Positions 46,448 to 51,561 of a stretch of DNA of 51,561 nt are shown here, piece by piece. The notes under the pieces were generated by a model, which saw only the letters and a program-made list of their open reading frames with translations, ran no database searches and was not told where the DNA came from. Numbering within the stretch: the stretch's first letter is position 1; every line of letters begins with the position of its first letter. Source of the DNA: a bacterium (GTDB lineage: Bacteria > Oederibacteriota > PGYV01 > Palsa-1178); assembly GCA_037138355.1 (NCBI GenBank), contig JBAXIL010000007.1, forward strand, positions 1 through 51,561, written 5' to 3'. The translations under genes and the position numbers were made by a program.

Positions 46448-48103
46448 TTAGAGACCTTGGGCTTTCGCTATCATATATGACACATAGCCACCGGAGATAT
46501 TATATACCTCCTCAAAACCGCTCTGCATGAGTATTCTGACTGCAATATATGACCTTATTCCTACTCCACAAGTAACTGCTATTTTTCGACCTTTTGGTAT
46601 TTCCTCAAGTCTTTTTCTTAAATCATCCACAGGTATATTAATAGCTTTGGTAACACTGCCATTGCTGAATTCGCCACTTGTTCTGACATCAAGGATAATA
46701 ACATCATTAGGATTTGCCAATACTTTTTCCCAAGTAATTGTCTTTATTTTACCTGTTAGGACATTTTCTGCCACGAACCCTGCCATATTAACAGCATCTT
46801 TTGCTGAAGAATATGGTGGGGCATAACACTGTTCAAACTCTATTAAATCATAAACTGTGCCTTTCATTCCCATAAGAGCAGATATGACATCTATCTTTTT
46901 TTCAACAAACTCAAAACCAACTGCTTGCGCCCCAAGTATACGCCCATCTGCCGGAGAAAAAATCAGTTTCAAAGTTATGCTTGTGCTGCCTGGATAATAT
47001 CCTGCATGAGAACCTGGATGAACTATAACTGTTTCATAAGGAATTTTAAGCGCCTCTAATACTTTTGTGGCAGGACCAACTGCCGCCACTGTCATATTAA
47101 ATATTTTCAGAACAGATGCCCCAAGCGTACCTTTATAAATCCGTTTATGTTCTCCTGCTATATTATCAGCAGCCATTCTCCCCTGTTTATTTGCAGGTCC
47201 TGCAAGTGGAATCACCCCAGCAACTCCTGTAACTAAATTTATTACTTCAATCGCATCTCCCACAGCATATATATTTTTATCCGAGGTACGCAAGAACTCA
47301 TCTACAATAATTCCACGATTTGTTTTAAGTCCTGCTTCTTTAGCAATTTTGATTTCAGGAACCACGCCTGCCGACCATATTACCATATCTGCTTTTACTT
47401 CCTGTCCATTGGTAAGCAGTGCCTTCACTCCACCATTATTGTCATCAAACGAAAGTATGCCACCTATACCTGTCTTTAAGTTCACCGTATTTTTTTTCAA
47501 TGTTATATTTACCATAGCAGCCATATCAGCATCAATCACATTTAATACCTGTGGCAAAGCTTCTACAACGGTTACATGAATACCTGCTTCAGTTAAGTTT
47601 TCAGCCATTTCCAGCCCGATATAACCTCCACCCACAACAATAGCAGTAGCTGGTTTTTTTGTATCAATGAAGTTCTTTATTTTATAAGTGTCTGGGATAT
47701 TCCTTAAAGTAAAAATAGCTGTATGCTCTATGCCAGGGATATCTGGCTTCGCTGGTGCTGCACCTGGTGATAAAATAAGAATATCATAGGTTTCTTCATA
47801 TTTTCTACCTACATATATGTCTTTTACAGTAACCTTTTTGGCATTTGTATCTATTTTAACTACTTCACTCCATATCCTCACATCCAAATTAAATCTTCTT
47901 TTTAATGATTCAGGTGTCTGCAATAATAAAGCGGATTTTTCTTTTATTTTTCCACCTATAAAATATGGCAGGCCGCAGTTAGCAAATGATACAAACTCGC
48001 CTCTTTCAAAAACAATAATTTTAGCGTTTTCATCAAGTCGTCTTAACCGAGCCGCACAAGACATACCACCTGCGACACCACCAATAATTAAATATTTAGA
48101 CAT
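46448..48103 (-). CDS. CoA-disulfide reductase family flavoprotein with C-terminal rhodanese domain
   Basis: 'IGGVAGGMS', 'SFANCGLPY', 'GGGYIGLEMAE', 'YAPPYS'. Rhodanese motifs 'LDVRT' and 'CGVGIRS'. Confidence 0.93.
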   Translation of the reverse strand: MSKYLIIGGVAGGMSCAARLRRLDENAKIIVFERGEFVSFANCGLPYFIGGKIKEKSALLLQTPESLKRRFNLDVRIWSEVVKIDTNAKKVTVKDIYVGRKYEETYDILILSPGAAPAKPDIPGIEHTAIFTLRNIPDTYKIKNFIDTKKPATAIVVGGGYIGLEMAENLTEAGIHVTVVEALPQVLNVIDADMAAMVNITLKKNTVNLKTGIGGILSFDDNNGGVKALLTNGQEVKADMVIWSAGVVPEIKIAKEAGLKTNRGIIVDEFLRTSDKNIYAVGDAIEVINLVTGVAGVIPLAGPANKQGRMAADNIAGEHKRIYKGTLGASVLKIFNMTVAAVGPATKVLEALKIPYETVIVHPGSHAGYYPGSTSITLKLIFSPADGRILGAQAVGFEFVEKKIDVISALMGMKGTVYDLIEFEQCYAPPYSSAKDAVNMAGFVAENVLTGKIKTITWEKVLANPNDVIILDVRTSGEFSNGSVTKAINIPVDDLRKRLEEIPKGRKIAVTCGVGIRSYIAVRILMQSGFEEVYNISGGYVSYMIAKAQGL

Positions 48104-48193
48104 AAAGACCTCCTGATTTATTTATTATGAGTTAGCTTAGATATAACTTGAGTTATAAAACCAGAATCACTTAGCTCTTGGGATTTGGGTTTA

Positions 48194-49219
48194 TTATTCT
48201 ACTATAACTTTCCCTGCGCCTTTTACAACTTTGCCTATTTGATAAACTTTTTCTCCGCGTTTGGAAAGATATGCGCTTATTTCTTTTGCTTTATTTTTAT
48301 CAACTATCATTGTCAAACCTATGCCCATATTAAAAACTCTGTGCATTTCCTGCCAGCCCACATTCCCAGTATTTTGTATCAAATCAAAGATAGACAACAC
48401 TGGCCATGTTCCACGAACGCAAACAGCATCGCAATTATCAGGAAGCACTCTGTTAATATTATCGTAAAATCCGCCACCTGTAATATGCGCTATACCATGT
48501 ATGGCTGTAAAATACTTTTCTATTGTAGGAAACACTGAATTTAGGTATGACCTATGCGGTTTCAAAAGGGCAAGACCAAGAGTGGTTTTTAGCTCTTTGA
48601 TTTTTCTTGTATATGGTATTTTGGCTGTTTCAAAAATATGTCTGGCAAGGGAAAAACCATTTGTATGAAGTCCTACTGAACCTAAACCCAAAATAACATC
48701 ACCAGTTTTTACTTTTTCTCCGGTAATTATTTTATTATTATTTATCTCTCCTATAATAGTTCCAACCAAATCATAATCACCTGCTTTATATATGCCTGGC
48801 ATTTCTGCTGTTTCTCCACCTATCAAGACACAACTGTTTTCCCTACAGGCCTTTGATAATCCTTCTATCACATCTACAAGCACCTTTGCCTCAAGCTTCC
48901 CTGTTCCGAAATAATCAAGAAAAAACAAAGGTTTAGCACCCATAACCAATATGTCATTAGTACAATGATTAACTATATCTTGTCCGACCGTAGTATGCAG
49001 ATTTAATTCCTGTGCTATCTTAAGCTTCGTTCCTACGCCATCAGCTGAGGCAACCAGCATTTTATCTTTTGAGATTTTATAAACTCCTCCAAAAGACCCT
49101 ATGTCTGTCGCAACATTCTTATTAAAAGTAGATTTTATGAATGCTTTTGCCTTTTTTAAAGCATTTGCTGCTGCGTCTATATCAACACCCGCTTTTTTAT
49201 ATAAATCAGATTTTGCCAT
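48194..49219 (-). CDS. purM: Phosphoribosylformylglycinamidine cyclo-ligase
   Basis: Motifs 'YKKAGVDI', 'DGVGTK', 'PLFFLDY', 'GGETAEMPG', 'HITGGG' and 'FNMGIG'. Confidence 0.98.
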   Translation of the reverse strand: MAKSDLYKKAGVDIDAAANALKKAKAFIKSTFNKNVATDIGSFGGVYKISKDKMLVASADGVGTKLKIAQELNLHTTVGQDIVNHCTNDILVMGAKPLFFLDYFGTGKLEAKVLVDVIEGLSKACRENSCVLIGGETAEMPGIYKAGDYDLVGTIIGEINNNKIITGEKVKTGDVILGLGSVGLHTNGFSLARHIFETAKIPYTRKIKELKTTLGLALLKPHRSYLNSVFPTIEKYFTAIHGIAHITGGGFYDNINRVLPDNCDAVCVRGTWPVLSIFDLIQNTGNVGWQEMHRVFNMGIGLTMIVDKNKAKEISAYLSKRGEKVYQIGKVVKGAGKVIVE

Positions 49220-49300
49220 GAATCCTCCAATTAGTTATATTACATGCTTAAATTGTTTCACCGTAATCTATCAAAAATACTTCTCACAATTACAATATAT

Positions 49301-50365
49301 TTAAAATCTCGGATAACTGCCCAAGACCTTTACGCCACCACAGTTATGCTCTATTTCAGTAAGAGCCTTTTGTATCTTTGGCTCGTCCTTATGCCCTAAA
49401 AAATCCACAAAGAAATAATAATCCCAAGCTTTTTTCTTTGACGGTCTTGATTCTATATTAGTAAGATTGATTTTGTATTTTTCAAAAGGTTTTAAGAGAT
49501 GATACAAAGCACCTACTTTATCTTTTATGGAAACCATAATAGTAGTTTTGTCATCGCCTGTTTTTCTACTCTCCCCTTTTCCAATAATAAAAAACCGCGT
49601 AACATTTCCAGCTACATCCTGTATGGACGAAGCCAAAACATTAAGACCGTTTAACTCTGCAGCCAGTTCGCCTGCTACAGCAGCCGCAAACTTGTCTCCC
49701 GCTGCCATTATGGCGGCTTTAGAATTGCTGGAAACCTCTTTTAGAACTGCAAAAGGGACATTTGCTTCAAGCCATCCTCTACACTGCGCGAGCGATTGAG
49801 GGTGACTGTATATTGTTTTGATAGCTTTAATATTTTTTTGTTTTGACATTAGACAATGTTCTATTTTCAGTTCAAGTTCAGAAATTATTTTTATGTCCGA
49901 ATCAGCGAACATATCGTAAGTGTAATTTATGGAACCTTCCGTAGAGTTTTCTATAGGGACACAACCATAATCAACTGTACCTTTTTCTACTTCTAAAAAA
50001 ACTTCTTTAATTCCAGAAACAGAAATGTAATCAGTGGACTTCCCAAATCTTTTTATGGCTGCTAAATGTGTATAAGAAGCGACAGGTCCTAAATAAGCAA
50101 CACTTAATCTGCGTTGTAACATGCGTGATGCGGAAAATATTTCATTATAAATTGAGCTTATAGCCTCTGGAGAAAACTTTCCTTTTTTTACATTAATAAC
50201 TTTCTTTAATACTTCTGCTTCACGAGCTGGGTCATAAACTGCCCGTCCTGATTTATTCTTATCATCAGAAATCTTTTTTACATGTTCGGCTCGTCCCTGA
50301 AGCAAGGTAACTATTTCTTTGTCCAATTTATCTATAGCTTTTCTGTGTTTACCGAGGTTGTTCAT
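49301..50365 (-). CDS. pheA: Chorismate mutase/prephenate dehydratase (P-protein)
   Basis: AroQ N-terminus 'RKAIDKLD...YDPARE', 'PIENSTEG', 'SHPQSLAQC', 'NVTRF' and ACT motif 'IESRPS'. Confidence 0.96.
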   Translation of the reverse strand: MNNLGKHRKAIDKLDKEIVTLLQGRAEHVKKISDDKNKSGRAVYDPAREAEVLKKVINVKKGKFSPEAISSIYNEIFSASRMLQRRLSVAYLGPVASYTHLAAIKRFGKSTDYISVSGIKEVFLEVEKGTVDYGCVPIENSTEGSINYTYDMFADSDIKIISELELKIEHCLMSKQKNIKAIKTIYSHPQSLAQCRGWLEANVPFAVLKEVSSNSKAAIMAAGDKFAAAVAGELAAELNGLNVLASSIQDVAGNVTRFFIIGKGESRKTGDDKTTIMVSIKDKVGALYHLLKPFEKYKINLTNIESRPSKKKAWDYYFFVDFLGHKDEPKIQKALTEIEHNCGGVKVLGSYPRF

Positions 50366-50367
50366 TT

Positions 50368-51459
50368 CTATCCCCCTATTAAGTATTTTATCTCACTTGG
50401 TGTTAAGTAACGCCACTGACCAGTATTTAGCCCCTTATCAGTTATCATACCTATATTTTCCCTACGAAGGCGAACCACTGATGCGCCAACTGCCTGCAAC
50501 ATTCTTTTTACCTGATGATTCATACCCTCTTTAATCACTATAAAAACAACATCATTTTGATCATTTCTCTTGTAAACACCAGCATTTAAGGCCTTCACAA
50601 CTACACCGTCTTCTATTCTAACTCCGGTCACAAGTTTTTTCAATGAAAAGCTTGAAATTCTACCTTGTATTTTAGCCACATAGCGTTTTTCTATCTCAAA
50701 CTTTGGATGCATTACTTTATTTGCAAAATCGCCATCATTTGTTAAAAGCAAAGTTCCCGTGGTATTAAAATCCAACCTGCCAACAGGATATATTCTTCCT
50801 CTAACAAATGGTTTTAATAGATCAACTACAGTTTTTCTGTTTTCATTATCAGTAATTGCCGATATAGTTCCTTCTGGTTTATTCATAAGTATATAAATTG
50901 GTTTTTCCTGATGGACAAGACTTCCGTCAAATTTCACATGGTCGCGCCCTGCTCTTACTCTGGAAGTTACATCTGTGACCGTTTTTCCATTGACCATAAC
51001 TCTACCTTGCTGTATAAACTCTTCAGCTTTTCTTCTTGAGGTAATACCAGCATGTGCAAGATACTGCTGAAGCTTCATTCCTTTTTCAAAATCCTTGTCT
51101 GGTTCTGTTTTATTATTAGCAGTTTTTGCGTCATACACTTTGCTTGTCTTATTGCTATATTTATCATCCGCTGCTTTTTCATTTGGTAATTTCATTTTTG
51201 GGACATCAAATTTTTTGCTAAATTGTTTTTTACGAAGTCTGTCCTGATAAGCAGCTTCTGTGCTTTGTGGTTTTGAATTTAAGTTAACTGGTTTTTCAAC
51301 TGCTCTTGTTTGAACTTTAGAATCTGAACTTTGTGATTTATCTACAGTTCCGCTTTTTATTGTGAGCTTTGGTCCGTGAGACCTCTTCCCCCACTTAAAA
51401 TTTGCTCCGCCTTTTGCGGCTGATTTAAATCCATATGGTGTATTCCTACTTTTTTTCAT
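50368..51459 (-). CDS. RsuA/RluB-family rRNA pseudouridine synthase with a long basic N-terminal extension
   Basis: S4 domain 'LQQYLAHAGITSRRKAE', catalytic 'VGRLDFNT' and 'EGMNHQVKRM'. Start placed at ATG 51459 behind GAGG; the ORF-track start at 51552 runs through the upstream gene's tail. Confidence 0.9.
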   Translation of the reverse strand: MKKSRNTPYGFKSAAKGGANFKWGKRSHGPKLTIKSGTVDKSQSSDSKVQTRAVEKPVNLNSKPQSTEAAYQDRLRKKQFSKKFDVPKMKLPNEKAADDKYSNKTSKVYDAKTANNKTEPDKDFEKGMKLQQYLAHAGITSRRKAEEFIQQGRVMVNGKTVTDVTSRVRAGRDHVKFDGSLVHQEKPIYILMNKPEGTISAITDNENRKTVVDLLKPFVRGRIYPVGRLDFNTTGTLLLTNDGDFANKVMHPKFEIEKRYVAKIQGRISSFSLKKLVTGVRIEDGVVVKALNAGVYKRNDQNDVVFIVIKEGMNHQVKRMLQAVGASVVRLRRENIGMITDKGLNTGQWRYLTPSEIKYLIGG

Positions 51460-51561
51460 CATCATCCTCGTCTTCTTCTTCGTCGTCTTCTTCTTCGTCG
51501 TCTTCCTCTTCTTCATCATCTTCTTCTTCTTCATTTTCTTCTTCATCATCATCTTCTTCTT
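51446..51561 (-). CDS. 3' end of an upstream gene with a poly-Asp/Glu tail (partial; possibly scpB by synteny only)
   Basis: Frame reads EEDDDEEENEEEEDDEEEEDDEEEDDEEEDEDDDEKK then TAG at 51448-51446. Open to the window edge. Confidence 0.7.
   Translation of the reverse strand, partial: EEDDDEEENEEEEDDEEEEDDEEEDDEEEDEDDDEKK

Noticed and set aside
49220..49300. Purine or ZTP riboswitch upstream of purM
   Set aside because: The 81-nt AT-rich gap has no recognisable aptamer or terminator.
493..50534. The many short ORF-track entries antisense to or nested within assigned genes
   Set aside because: They overlap confidently assigned genes, show no motifs, and mostly fall in the stop-poor antisense frame.
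51460..51552. ORF-track N-terminus MMMKKKMKKKK... of the pseudouridine synthase
   Set aside because: It is the shifted-frame reading of the upstream gene's GAA/GAT acidic tail. A better RBS and start exist at 51459.

Overview
An AT-rich bacterial chromosomal window that is mostly housekeeping, with nearly all genes on the minus strand. In coordinate order it holds: a tRNA-Ala(GGC) with a repeated downstream trailer at the left edge; DUF192, tadC and tadB directly downstream of pheS (no pheT, no tadA); a small YqzL-like ORF; an MBL hydrolase; uppP; two MATE transporters; an EamA protein; dcd; an SDR; queF; priA; DUF116; pgeF; an amidase; and a complete dcw cluster (mraZ to ftsZ) with a STAS-domain gene wedged between mraZ and rsmH. 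An accessory envelope region follows (MliC, a SPOR-like/beta-propeller protein, TrmH, a clan-A glycoside hydrolase, a GGR-family flavoprotein, beta-barrels, a barrel-TPR fusion, an epimerase). The right end has a sulfur/Fe-S group (small 4-Cys ORF, Nfu, CoA-disulfide reductase-rhodanese), purM, pheA, an RluB-like gene and the acidic tail of an upstream gene. Beta-barrels and a DNPR-type MurE imply a diderm envelope with meso-DAP. No integrase, transposase or cas gene is visible. The best leads are: (1) the tRNA trailer repeats, including a CUUG-capped, ACCA-ended microhelix; (2) two small ORFs missed by the ORF track; (3) the STAS gene inside the dcw operon; (4) the pheS-tadBC coupling and its structured leader. 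All family calls are motif recognition by eye; no searches were run.
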